In this document: piece by piece, positions 38,505 to 51,216 of the stretch | Layout of the letters: every line of letters begins with the position of its first letter | How positions within the stretch are numbered: the first letter of the stretch is position 1 | Assembly (NCBI GenBank): GCA_951406725.2 | Contig: OX597817.1 | Span: 139,500,001 to 139,564,000 of the forward strand | DNA: 64,000 bases | Source: Octopus vulgaris | Lineage: Eukaryota | Reading direction: 5' to 3' | The notes under the pieces: generated by a model | What the model saw: the letters and a program-made list of their open reading frames with translations, nothing else | Told to the model about the DNA's origin: nothing | The model's database searches: none | Translations under genes and position numbers: made by a program

Positions 38505-38850
38505 TGTTTCAGTCATTAGACTGCGTCCATACTGGGGCATTGCCTTCAACAATTTTAGTCAAATGAATTGACCCCAGGACTTATTTTTTTTGTTATTAGC
38601 CTTGTGCTTATACTGTTGATCTCTTTTGCTGAACTGCTAAGTTACAGAGATTTAGATGCACCAACACTGGTTGCCAAGTGGTGGTTGGGGACAAGTACCC
38701 CCATGCATATATCTCTTTCAGTCTCTGTCTACCAAATCCACTCATTAGGCTTTGGTAGAAGACACTCACCCAAGGTGCCATGCATTGGGACTGAAACTGG
38801 AATCATGTGGTTAGGAAGCAAACTTCTTACCATACAGTCACACCTGTCAC
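38505..38850 (-). mobile_element. SINE family A, diverged copy
   Basis: Reverse complement of the family A head, body and tail. Partial heads also occur at about 4138-4285, 38930-39075, 40455-40580 and 44450-44590. Confidence 0.7.
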
Positions 38851-39472
38851 CATGAAAGGTTGTTAAATGTAGAGAATGCATGGGAGAAAAGCCTGCCTAC
38901 TGTGGGCCCGCACATCCAAGCACACTTAATGGGCTGCTTTACAGATTCTGTCTACCAAATCCACTCACAAGGCTTTGTTCTTGCTTGGAACTATAAAAGA
39001 TACTTTCCCAAGGTGCCATGCAGAAGGGCTGAACCCCAAACCATATGGTTGTGAAGCAAACCGCTTAATCACACAACTGGGTCAAACTGTCCAACCCATG
39101 CTAGCATGGAAAGTGGACATTAGATGATGATGATTGACACAGGCATGTTAACAAGAAATTTTAATTAAAAGTATATTGCAAGTTTTATTCAGATGTTGTT
39201 TACTTAAACCCTATTTTGGAGTAGCCCATATTACATCAAAATATTGCCATGCCCTATTGGTCTAGCTGAGCTAATTAACATTTATTGATTTGGGAGTTGT
39301 GTATACTACCTGCACGCAAGCAAAAATTATTTTTATGTAATGAATATTTATAAATTTCAGTTAGTTAACTCTGATTTTGTGATTTTTTTTTTTATTTATG
39401 TGTTTTGAATAAATTACATTTGATAGGATAAATGCTATTTCATAAATTACTAATGTTTATTTTTCATTCCAG

Positions 39473-39630
39473 GAATCTATGAACCGTGTAATACTGAAAG
39501 AATAGATGAAAGGATGAATGGATCAGTTATTGAACAGACAACATACATGTCTTTAGATGTTTTAGCTCAAGTTGCTGCAGATACTTTGCAGAATAGTGAA
39601 AAGCTTCAATCAAAAATTGCAACTAAAAAG
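39473..39630 (+). CDS. C2H2 zinc-finger gene, exon 2
   Basis: ttttcattccAG acceptor; (G)IYEPCNTERIDERMNGSVIEQTTYMSLDVLAQVAADTLQNSEKLQSKIATKK; AAG|GTTTTT donor, phase 0. An alternative in-frame donor exists at 39703. Confidence 0.8.
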
Positions 39631-39821
39631 GTTTTTATTAATTTATTTTCATGTATTTTATATTTGCTGCATAGTTTGGGTGTCTTTTGTATATGTATTC
39701 TGGTGAGATTTCTGGGTTTTTTTTATAACATGAGTGTCATCCAGCACCTCAAAGATAGGGATATTTCAATACATCAAGATATTTCCCTAAGGGTCTGAAA
39801 TATATTTTATATTTTTTTACT

Positions 39822-40285
39822 TTGAAGGCACCATTCGAGTGTGATCGTTCCCAGCGTTGCCTTACTGGCACTTGTGCACTTGTGCCCGTGCTAGTAGGGT
39901 GCCAAGAGCACCATCCAAGCGTGATCGTTGACAGAGCAGCCAACTGGCTTCTGTGCCAGTGGTACGTAAAAGGGCACCATTCGTGCGTGATCGTTACCAA
40001 CGTCGCCTTACTGGCACCGGTGCTGGTGGCATTTGTAAAAAGATTAAAGCGAGGTCGTTGCCAGTACAGCCTGACTGGCCCCCGTACCGGTGGCACGTAA
40101 AAAGCACCCACTACACTCTCGGAGTGGTTGGTGTTAGGAAGGGCATCCAGCTGTAGAAACTCTGCCAAATCAAGATTGGAGCCTGGTGCAGCCATCTGGT
40201 TCGCCAGCCCTCAGTCAAAATCGTCCAACCCATGCTAGCATGGAAAGCAGACGTTAAACAATGATAATGATGATGATGATGATGA
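39822..40285 (+). mobile_element. Family B (RTE 3'UTR) copy in zinc-finger intron 2
   Basis: Colinear with 11620-12056. Confidence 0.85.
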
Positions 40286-41211
40286 TTTTGTAAATCAAAG
40301 TAAAGGCTTCCAATGGATCAATCAGTTTCTGACTATATTTTCACTGGTGAGCCTGAAAGTGGAGTGTTTGTGCAAATCCTGCTGAAGAAATACCCCAAAG
40401 TATTTTTGTTTGATGTCTATTTATCAGTTTATTTTGCTAATGCAGTAGTCCACACAATTTTCATCTACCAAATTTCACTTAGAAAACAGTCAATCCAAGG
40501 CAATATTAGAAGACACTTGCCCATAGTGCCATGCTGTGGAATTGAACCCAAATCCACAGAGTTACAAAGTGAACATACCCACATAGCCTATACTTGCTAC
40601 AACATTTGGAATTGTGTATTCTAACTACTACTGCTGCTGCTACCCACCTCCTTCTCCTCCTCAATTGAAATCTATATAATACTTTCCTGCAGAATACAAT
40701 ACCTTTGACAAAGTTTAGACCATTGATCTGTATGAACAAATGCAACATCCAGTAATTTTTCAGTGTCTTATATTATCAGTTAAAAAACATTTTCAGTATT
40801 AAACTTCAAAGAGAAATTGGTTCTTGAATCCTAGCTTCTGAGATTTGTAACCACATTCCATCTGGTATCTTGACATACTTAGTGACATATACCTTCTGTA
40901 TTGTGTCCATTAAAGTGTTGGTCCATGTTTATAAATTGTTGCAACAGTCTCCACTGTTAGTGTCATTGAAGGCACAACTTCACTTCTGTGCCTTGTATCT
41001 AGTTCCTGTAACATACACAGGCTTTATATGCTATCTGTATTTAATTTTTCAACGTTGCTAATACATTGGTTTATATGTTTGTTTTACTGCTAATAACTCT
41101 TCTTTGTACCATTGGCAGTTCCAAACTTTAAACTCGGTATCCAAGCAAATTTGGTATTTTTCGGTTAGAACATGTTTTGTTTTACTTTTTTTATTTATGT
41201 CCTACTTTTAG

Positions 41212-41467
41212 ATGTCAAAACGCAGCATCCAGTGCCTTGATATATTAAACCTTGAGCAGATCCAAATGTTGTCTGAAAAATCTTTGCTTAATTTCTTCTC
41301 TGAGATGACATGCAATGAAATGACAAGGAACTTTACTTACCAATGTTTCTTAATACCAGACAAGTGCTGTGAGAAGTTTACCAGTTTCGGTAATGAGGCC
41401 AAAGCAAAGCTGCAGATTAGACAACATTTGGCTGATCATATTCAACAACTTTTGGACGAAGCTAATG
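41212..41467 (+). CDS. C2H2 zinc-finger gene, exon 3
   Basis: ctactttTAG acceptor; MSKRSIQCLD...YQCFLIPDKCCEKFTSFGNEAKAKLQIRQHLADHIQQLLDEAN; G|GTATG donor, phase 1. Confidence 0.85.
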
Positions 41468-42535
41468 GTATGCTGTATTATATTTGTGTCTATCTGTATG
41501 TGTATATCTTGAGTCTGTTCTATTGCTGTGTTAGTTTGTACACATGTGTGTCTATGTGTACCAACATGTATGTTTAGATGTGTTTTCTGTTTTGTTTTGT
41601 AGTGGGCTACTAACAACATGACCACAAGTTCAGACCTTACAAACAATAGTTTAGAGCATAACTTTACCACTGGGCAACTATCAAGTCCCACTCTTTCTTC
41701 TACAGCAGGGAAAGCGATAATTACTCCAACAAAAAGAATCATCAAAGATGGGATTTAAAATAATGTCCAAATTCAAGCCAATACTAACTGTCTCTAGCTT
41801 ACCATTCCAATGACTGAAATCTGATCATATAGGGGCTGATGTTGTTTTTGAAAGTCAGCATCTACATGAAAAATTTGAAATTGCAAAGGAGAGTTTAGTA
41901 ATTAAAAAAAAGAATAGCTAACGATTAATATACAAAGATAAAGGTTTGTTTTGTTGCTGTATATAAAGAGCATGTAGAAAAAAGGATTAAGAATTTATTT
42001 GGCATTCAGTGAAAATGGTCAAGTGTTGCATTAACCAATCAGAAATGAAACTTTCTAAAATGATTACAATATTCCATGGTCTTGGATCCTTAAACAGTTT
42101 GTTTTCTTTGGCAGTAAAATATTTATTTACTTCTAATGAAAACACTTAAAATTTGTGTGCACCTATAAGATGCTTTGTATATCTGATACTTAATTCACCT
42201 AATTGGTTCCAAGGTGAAGACATCAATGGAATATTGTCTATGGTATTATGGGAACTAACTAATTTGATGTATTTATTAGAAGTTTATTGTTGTATGATAA
42301 TAAAGTTGAAACTGGGACAGTTGCACATTTACAAGCACTACTGAGGAACAGATTAAATATGATCCATTTGTCAGTTTAAGAAATAAAACCAACTTTGTTG
42401 GTTATGTATAAGAGAGATAATATGATTATTATGAATTGGCAGAAGTAAAGGTGTTCATTACACCATTGTTTGTCTAAACAGATAAAAAGTTACGGTGTGT
42501 GTGGTTTAATTTATTTCAATCATTTTCTACTGCAG

Positions 42536-42604
42536 ATACTGAAAGGAAGTATAGATTTATTTTCACTGCTGAACCAGTCCATGTTCGACAACGGAGACTA
42601 TCAG
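42536..42604 (+). CDS. C2H2 zinc-finger gene, exon 4 (69 nt); not in the ORF track
   Basis: ttctactgcAG acceptor; (D)TERKYRFIFTAEPVHVRQRRLS; CAG|GTAAC donor; symmetric phase 1/1. Confidence 0.8.
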
Positions 42605-43316
42605 GTAACATATATTGTTTTTATTAGTTGAGACCATTAATGCAGAGAAAGGGATTTCTTTTGTACATTTAGGTATTGAGTAAGGGTGACATATGAAAAA
42701 TGTATAGTAATAATGAAGATGGGGAAGTGATGGTATGTGTTGATGTCATTGACCCAATGAGGGCTGGATAAAAAGATGCAAGTTTGGCTTTGTAGGGGTC
42801 TTGTAGCAAATAGGGTAGGGTAATAGTATATAGATATTTAGGGAGACTGTATGAGATATCATTATAAATCTCTTTAATTAGAACTTGTAATTGAGGAATT
42901 AAGGTAATTAGAATATTATTAAAATTTGTAACTATTAAAACAATTTTAGCCAAAAGTAGTTTGCAAAATATTGAAATCCTTTTAATCTCTTATTTTAATT
43001 AAAGCAAATGCAACTTCCAATATTTAAATTTACTACCCAGAGGCCTTATTTTCACAGCTAGTTTTAGAAAAATTGTTTTATCATGCACATGCGTGCGCGC
43101 ACACACACACACGCACATACACACAACTTTTACAAGAAGAGGAGTGACAGTGACTCTGGAGTTTGGGCCTGTTAGTTCTTTTCTTCTAATAGTTAAATAA
43201 GCATGTTCTCTGCCAAAAGTATTCAGTAATTCCTTGGTTTAATGTTAAATTATTTTTATTACAATTCGACATAAAAACAAACATTATATATACATATTCT
43301 CTATCATCTATTCTAG

Positions 43317-44111
43317 AAATGGATAAAATGAAGAAAAGAAAATCAGTGTGTGTAAATAGTAGCCCTCTAAATCGAAATAATCAACAGAGGACACGGCCAT
43401 TGCGGAAAACATTCACCAGTTTAAAGGCTTCCAAAGAAACCCATTGTGAGAACAAAGTTCCAGTTGAGAATCCAAATATTTGTGACATTGATCAAGCACA
43501 GATCTTACCAAGGTGTACTAGATCTTGGAAGAAACGTAAAGTCTCAGCTGAAAAGAGTGCTGTACCCAACCAAAATGGTTCCTGTTCTCAAAGAACTACC
43601 ACCCAGAAACAATCGTATCCTAGGAAACAATTAAAGAATAAAAATCCACCCAAGTGCAACAAACCAAATGCTGTTACCCCACTTTTGAAGTCTCCAAACA
43701 AGATGGATGTCCCAGCTGAAGAGGAGAACAACAGAACTTCATTTCCCCATATAGATGAGGATCCACTTCCCAAAGATGCTGCAAAAAGAATTGAAGAAAA
43801 TGAACTTTTTATTGTGGATCTATTAAACAGGACACAGCCCTATCTTGACCATTGCTACACAACTATTTTTGGTAAAAAACGTGGAATCGAAACTTTTCAT
43901 CAGCGTCTGGATGCTGATGAATGTAACAATAACAACAACATCGACAATAAAGAAAGGGTTGACTCAGCTGAAAGTGATAAAGAAGTGGTTCCAATACTTG
44001 AGTTAAGCTTGTGTAATGCTGGAGATGTTCCAGAAGTGTCTGTGGAAGAAATTGTTGATTGTCCAGAGATTTTATTAGCAAGTGAAGATTCATTGGGACA
44101 TTGTGGACTAA
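43317..44111 (+). CDS. C2H2 zinc-finger gene, exon 5 (basic then acidic, probably disordered region)
   Basis: ttctAG acceptor; 795-nt open exon matching ORF 43319-44212 up to ...SLGHCGL; A|GTAAGT donor, phase 1. Confidence 0.85.
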
Positions 44112-44618
44112 GTAAGTTAATTATATTGTTGTTATCTCTTTATTCAATATTTACTAAAAAAATATGTTATTTTGCTGACATTGCATTTTCATATCAACTG
44201 TGGATTGGCTAGGTGTGCCTTGTGTTTATTAAAGTTATCATCATACCAGATAGTGTTATTTGAATCAGATTTTCCCTCATCTGTTTCCAGGCAAAGTAAT
44301 ATTTCCCCATGACCAGATATGTTTACATAGAATATTTAGAATGAACAATACTGCTTATATGACAGTGACACTTGCTTACAGCATTCAAGACAGGGTGACA
44401 CACAAATATACACACACAAATATACATGCATATTTAAATATATGACATGCTTCTTTCAGTTTCTATCCACAAAATCTACTCGCAAGGCTTTGGTCGTCCA
44501 GGGGTCATAGTAGAAGACTCTTGCCCAGTGTACCACGTAATGGGATTGAACTGAGACTATGTGGTTGAAAAGTAAACTTCTTACCAAACTGTTGCATCTA
44601 GTTACTATCATGTGTATG

Positions 44619-44676
<58 letters not shown>

Positions 44677-45203
44677 ATGATATGTAATTTTAAGATCCAA
44701 TAATCTAGTAGTAGGAAGCTTGTAAAGTTCAAGCAGTTCATTGTAGGTTTTTCCCAGCTGAAAAAAACGTTATTTTATAGTTCATAGTATGTAAGGTTGC
44801 TATGAATGCAAATAAAAATCCAAATTGAGGGAATGGAGCAAGTAAAATCCAAGCTACATATGTTTCCTAGTTAGAAGAAGCTCGGAAATAGTAATTACGC
44901 TATGTAGGGGACTCCACTAGCTACACTCATCAGGCCAAAGCTACCTTAGTTAAAATGGAGTTAACATTGTTGTGAAGGGTCCCGAATTGACTTGCAGGGG
45001 ATGGGATTTAAATGAGTGGTGAAGCTAGAAAAACAGTGATAAAACCAAATAGAAAAACATACATATAAAGAAAGAAAATATGGGAGTAGGCTTCTGTCTA
45101 AAGTTGTTAAGAATAAAGAAAAGAAGAGGGGGGTGGAAGTTTGGTTAGATTGAAGCTGACAAGAGGAAGCTTGTGAATATTAAGCTGGGGTCATTTACTA
45201 TGT

Positions 45204-45630
45204 CATCATCATCATCGTTTAACATCCGCTTTCCATGCTAGTATGGGTTGGACGAATGACTGAAGGCTGGCGAACCAGTATACTGCACTAGGCTTCAATC
45301 TTGATCTGGCAGAGTTTCTTCAGCTGGATGCCCTTCCTAACGCCAACCACTCCGAGAGTGTAGTGGGTGCTTTTACATGCCACCGGCATGGGGCCAGTCA
45401 GGCGGTACTGGCAACGACCTCACTCGAATCTTTTTACACATGCCACTGGCACAGGTGCCAGTAAGGTGATGCTGGTAACGATCATGTTTGAATGGTGTCT
45501 TTTACGTGCCACCGGCACGGAGGCCAGATAGCCGCTCTGGCAACGATCACGCTCGGATGGTGCTCTTAATATCCTACTAGCACGGGGCTCGAGTGCCAGT
45601 AAGGCGACGCTGGTAACAATCACGCTTGAA
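45204..45630 (-). mobile_element. Family B (RTE 3'UTR) copy in zinc-finger intron 5
   Basis: Reverse complement of 11630-12056 with high similarity. Confidence 0.85.
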
Positions 45631-45949
45631 AATAAATAAATATATTGTTGTACCACCCAAGTATATACATTTAAACAGAATAGAGAAAGAAAAAAAGGAA
45701 AAGAAAAATTTTAAGAATTAAAATTGTCAGAAGAAGAAAAGGAAGCGAATATTTAAGAGTGGGAGTACGGTTGAAGAAAGAGGGAGATGGGAGTGAAATT
45801 ATTAGACATTAGGGGAACATAATATATAGTTCAAGGTAAATTTGTGATATTCCACTTAACTGTGAAACTATATATTCATATATCAATTTACAATAATAAT
45901 GTTAGATCACATACCAATAACAATAAATTTCAAGTATTAGAAAATATTG

Positions 45950-47590
45950 GGTGTATTTGTTAAGGCAAAGCACCTTGCCCGCTTTAGCAGAAAATGTGGT
46001 TTATACCGATATCGGTTACTCCTTAAATCTCAAGGGGCATTTACATAACCACTATTCTTCTTTTAAATTAAGACACAGGGCTGGCAGGATGTCTCTAGCC
46101 ATGAAGATTCGGGAGCTCAAAGACAACAATGTTAAATTTGATTTAAGTTGGGACATCATTAGGATCACTAAACCATACTTAAACAGTAGATACAGATTCC
46201 GACTTTGATGCATGGAGCCATTTGAAATTTTAAGATCTAATAGTGAAAATCTACTAAATAATAAATTAGACCTTCATCTTTCATGTATACACAAGGCTAT
46301 ACAGCAAGTTCAAATAATTTAAGGACATTAAACAATCTCTGTAAAAGCTCCCAACCTCGGTTCAATCCAATTTACTCCTTCTTTCACTGACCCTTAACCT
46401 ATCAATCTACCCATTCGTTTCTGAGCCTTCCTAGTCTCATTTTCCCTTTCCATATCTTCTCCACTCTTACTATACTTGCTTAGTGTGCTATATTGAAGGA
46501 ACTAATTATTCTATCTGTGATGTACCCGGTATTATGCAATAGCAATGACAGTAATACTTAACTTTTAGTAGCAGCCTGCACACCCTAGACAATTCGTTTC
46601 CATTTCTGCTACTTATCTACTCCTTACACCAACATACAGTTTTTTGAGCAGCCCTTGCTATATAATAGATAGAACATACTATCCAAACCTCTTACCCACA
46701 ACTATTGTCTTCAGTTGCTTCAACTGATTTACACAAAGATGATTACACCATCCAATTTTGATATCATCACCACCTGTTTAACATTCCATAGCTAATCATT
46801 AGACTATTCCCTGTTGCTGGCCTTCCTGATTCTGATCTGCAATTTACACTAACCCCGTACTAGGTGTATTTCATTATATAACCCCATCATGCTTTGAAGT
46901 TTTAATTTTTTAATTTTAATTTTTTAAACTCCTTATTGATAGCTAACACTCTACTTTACCAAAACTTTAATTCCATAAGTTTGATCTTATTATTTGATAG
47001 CCTCTGTACTCTTCCCCACATTCACTCCCAATTTCAACCAGTATCCACTAAATACCCCTAAATTTCTGTTCCTGTATCCCCCTCCCCTGGTCATATACCA
47101 TTAGCAAGAGACTCCCAACCCCAACTCTATATCTGATCAGCTCATATGCCTTTATTTTTATTTTTTATTTTTCTTTCACCTTTACATTTGATTTATTTAT
47201 CTTCTCATTTTTCCTTTATCCTTAATTGTTTTTATGACCCCTCCTTACTTAACACAACCCATAGCTTACCATAATAAATTTGCTCCTACAACCCACTCCA
47301 GTCTACCCCTGATCTAGTCTAGCAAACTCCTTCTCAACCAGGTCACTGACCTTAGATATCAAATGACACACTTTAAACAACTACATTCTTAACCTAAACT
47401 GCCTACATAGTTGCTCATTCTCCCATTCATAGCTGGCCTCAACAGACATATTCTTGCTGTATTCTTGGATATTTTTTTATTTTGTAAAATTATTTCTCAT
47501 CTGATGATTACGGTCTTTTATAATGTTCTCATTCTTCTATTAAAAGTTACATAAGAAACAGCTGTAACAAGCCAACAATTATCCATCCTT
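45950..47590 (+). mobile_element. Penelope-like element remnant: GIY-YIG endonuclease C-terminus, 3' region and terminal hammerhead motif
   Basis: ENVVY..IG...LHNHYSSFK...SLAMKIRELKDNN...SWDII...KPY...LLN...SCIH fits, from memory, the PLE GIY-YIG C-terminal pattern. CTGATGA...GAAACAGCTGTA at 47501-47566. Confidence 0.7.
47495..47572 (+). ncRNA. Minimal hammerhead motif at the 3' end of the Penelope remnant
   Basis: CTGATGA 47501-47507; partial stem II (tta..ctttta/taaaag..taa); GAAAC 47555-47559; palindromic stem III ACAGCTGT; GUA triplet. Confidence 0.55.
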
Positions 47591-48623
47591 TGTTATACAT
47601 ACATATATACATCATCATCATCAATGTTCGCTTTCCATGCTGGCATGGGTTGGACGGTTTGACTGAGGACTGGCGAGCCAGATGGCTGCACCAGGCTCCA
47701 AATCTGATCTGACAGAGTTTCTATAGCTGGTTGCCCTTCCTAATGCCAACTACTCCGAGAGTGTAGTCGGTGCTTTTACATGCCACTGGCACGAGGGCCA
47801 GTCAGGCGGTACTATACATATGGATATATATTTTTTTAAGAAAAAAATGTATGTATGTATATCATCATCATTGATAACATAAATAGGGAGTGTTGGGCCT
47901 CATGGAAGCAATGACCAAGACCTTTGGCATTATGTCATGCTTGAGAAGATCCATCAAACCAAGTAAAATTGCAGTTGTGACAGATACTGTTGTCATGCAA
48001 TTGGCAACCCATGTCAGTGGCACATAAAAGCACCCGTTACACTCTCAGAGTGGTTGGCATTAGGAAGGGCATCCAGCCATAGAAAACCATGCCAAAACAG
48101 ACTGGAGTCTGGTGCAGCCTTCCAGCTTACCAGCCCTGGTCAAACCACCCAACCCATGCCAGCATGGACAACAGACGCTAAATGATGATGATGTATGTAT
48201 GTATATATGCACATATGTATATGAGGGTGCATGGTCTAGTTGTTAGGTTGTTGAACTCATGGCCTTGTGATTGTGGTTTCTCTTGAGCAAAACACTTCAT
48301 CTCATGTTGTTCTGTTCTGTTCTGTGATCACTTTGCCACCTGACGCGTGGTACATAGTGCACCTGTTCAGACAATGTTGATTTGATGGAGAGTGTAAGTC
48401 AATGTGTGGCACAAACATTTGACCACTATAAACAATTCGCTTGTGGAAGTTGTTCAGCAAAAGCTGAATGCTCATTCATCCTCTTTGATGGGTGAGTCCA
48501 CCATATATATATGTATGTATGTATATATATGTATGTATATGTATGTATATATATGTATGTGTGTATATTTATGTATATATATATATGTATGTGTATATAT
48601 GTATGTATATGTATGTATATATG

Positions 48624-48654
<31 letters not shown>

Positions 48655-49214
48655 GTATATATATATATATCATCATCATCATTGTTTAATGTCCGTTTTC
48701 CATGCTAGCATGGGTTGGACGGTTCGACCGGGGTCTGGGAAGGGTTAGGGTTAGGGTGCGCCAGTCTGATCTGGCAGTGTTTCTACAGCTGGATGCCCTT
48801 CCTATCGCCAACCACTCCGTGAGTGTAGTGGGTGCTTTTTACGTGCCACCGGCACAGGTGCCAGGCGAGGCTGGCAATGGCCACGATCGGTTGGTGCTTT
48901 TTACGTGCCACTGGCACGGGAGAAAAAGTTTTGCACAGCAACCATTCCCACTCTCTGAACTACAAAGCATGATCTTTAAAAAATGTCAAGCACAGGTATT
49001 GCTGGAGTGGTAAAAGAAATGGACATCTTGTATGTACATGGTTGGCCAAAGCTTAAAAAGGCACATTTAAACAATGGAAGTTCATATTGATAGTGAAGTA
49101 AATGGCAAAAAGGGGTCTGGAATATTTTGTTCTGTGGTCTGGCCTGGCAGGTGTCCCAGGGCACCACAGCCTGGATCTGGTCGTCATCCTGCAACTGTGA
49201 GTAAATTCAAGTTA

Positions 49215-49600
49215 AGATGGAAACCTATGAATATAGGATGTTGGAATGTTTGCACGTTATTAGACAATGATTGTCTGAAATCTCGTCCGGAGAGAAGATT
49301 TTTGCTTGTTGCAAAAGAGTTACAGCGATATGATATGGATGTTGTAGCATTAGCTGAAACAAGAATTCATGAAAGGGGAATTTTGTAGAGAAATCTGCTG
49401 GAAACCTTTTCTTTTGGAACAGTAGAGAGGAGACCTATAAGAGAGAATCAGGAGTGGGATTTGCTATCAAAACCACTCTGGCTTCAAAACTTAAACTATA
49501 TGGTCATTTAGCTCGTTTAATGTCTTTAAGGCTGCCATTAAGAAAAGGTCGCTATGCAACACTCATAATTGCATATGCTCCAACTATGAATTCATCAGCA
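49215..49600 (+). mobile_element. RTE/BovB-like endonuclease N-terminus fragment
   Basis: MNIGCWNVCTLLD...RPERR..LVAKELQRYDMDVVALAETR, ESGVGFAIK. A related RT piece lies at about 28365-28590. Confidence 0.75.
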
Positions 49601-49604
49601 AAGT

Positions 49605-51020
49605 CATGAATGGATAGTCAGAGGGAAACTAATCGCATTCCTTGAAGAAAATAATTTGCTGAGTGATACCTAGCATGGTTTTCGACCAGGTAAGAGCTGC
49701 CTGACCCAGCTCTTACAACATTATGACTGGGTGTTGAGGCAGTTACTCAACAAATCAAATGTGGACGTAATATACCTTGATTTTGCAAAAGCTTTTGATA
49801 AGGTGGATCATGGTATGATATACCACAAACTGCGTGACCTAGGCATAGCCGGAAAACTTGGAGAATGGTTACATGACTTCCTGAAAGATAGGAGTCAGGC
49901 AGTAGTGGCTAACGGAGCCACCTCTATGAACACACAAATAGTGAGCGGTGTTCCATAGGGCACTGTCTTGGGACCACTGCTTTTTATAGTGGCCCTCTCA
50001 GATATGCCCTCAAATGCCCGGATAGCAACTCTGGCAAGCTATACAGATGATACGAAAGTCTCGCAGAAAATACAGAACCCCAGCGATGTTGCACACCTGC
50101 AGCAGGAGTTGGACTCAATTTACTGATGGGCTGAGGATAATAATATGCAGTTTAATGCTGAAAAATTCCAAGCTCTACGCTACCAGCATCCAAAACTGAA
50201 TATGAAACTTACAGAGTACACTGGTCCACAGGGAATTTCAATCCCAGAGCCTAAAGTCAGTGAGGGGACCTGGGTATTGACATGGGTGATGATACCTCTT
50301 TCCAAGTGCACATTACCAGGATGGCGACAAAGCACAGATGACTTGCTGGATGGATTCTAAGAACATTCAGAACCAGAGATAAGGAAACCATGATGGTCCT
50401 CTAGTGGACATTCATCCTCAGCCACCTGGATTACTGCTCACACCTGTGGTCACCCACCAGTGTGAAATTAACAGCAGGCCTTGAAGCAATCCAGAGAACA
50501 TTCACAAAGAAGATTGTCTCTTTGCAACAGCTCAGCTACTGAGAAAGGTTGAAACAGCTAAGACTCTACACCCTGGAGAGAAGACGGGAGAGGTATGCAG
50601 TAATATATATCCGGAAGATCCTGGAAGGAATTGTGCCAAATTTTGGCATTGAAAGCTACACCAATGCTAGAACGGGACGACACTGCATAGTGCCAAAGAT
50701 CGCAGCAATGCCATCAAGCTTCAGGACCAGTTATTACAACAGCCTGGGTTTCAAGGGCCCACAGCTTTTTGATATTCTCCCAAAGAGTCTGAGGAACTTG
50801 CACAAAGTAGATGTAGGGGTTTTTAAATTAAAGCTGGACCTCTTCCTGTCGAGAGTCCCAGATGAACCTACTTCACGGCAAGAGGTGCAAATGAGAGTAG
50901 CTATATCAAACTCCATTCTTCACCAAGTTCCACATATTAGAGGAGGCTCTTAGTAATAACAGTGTAGCAAAACGGCGGTGCATCAGCATGGCCGCAGCTC
51001 TGAGCTGAAACTAGAGAGAA
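49605..51020 (+). mobile_element. CR1-like LINE (family 2), RT to 3' end, with stops and frameshifts
   Basis: YLDFAKAFDKVDH, SGVP*GTVLGP, YTDDTK, MQFNAEKFQ, LYTLERRRERY; 3' stem-loop tail. Confidence 0.88.
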
Positions 51021-51163
51021 AAATATATATATATACATATGTGTATATATAGATAGATGGAAGAGCATTGTAGAAAATGAAGGAGATTAATAAAGAACTT
51101 TGTTTATCTTAATTTTTAAAATTAAAAAGTATAAAAAAACATTATATATTATATGTATGTATG

Positions 51164-51216
<53 letters not shown>

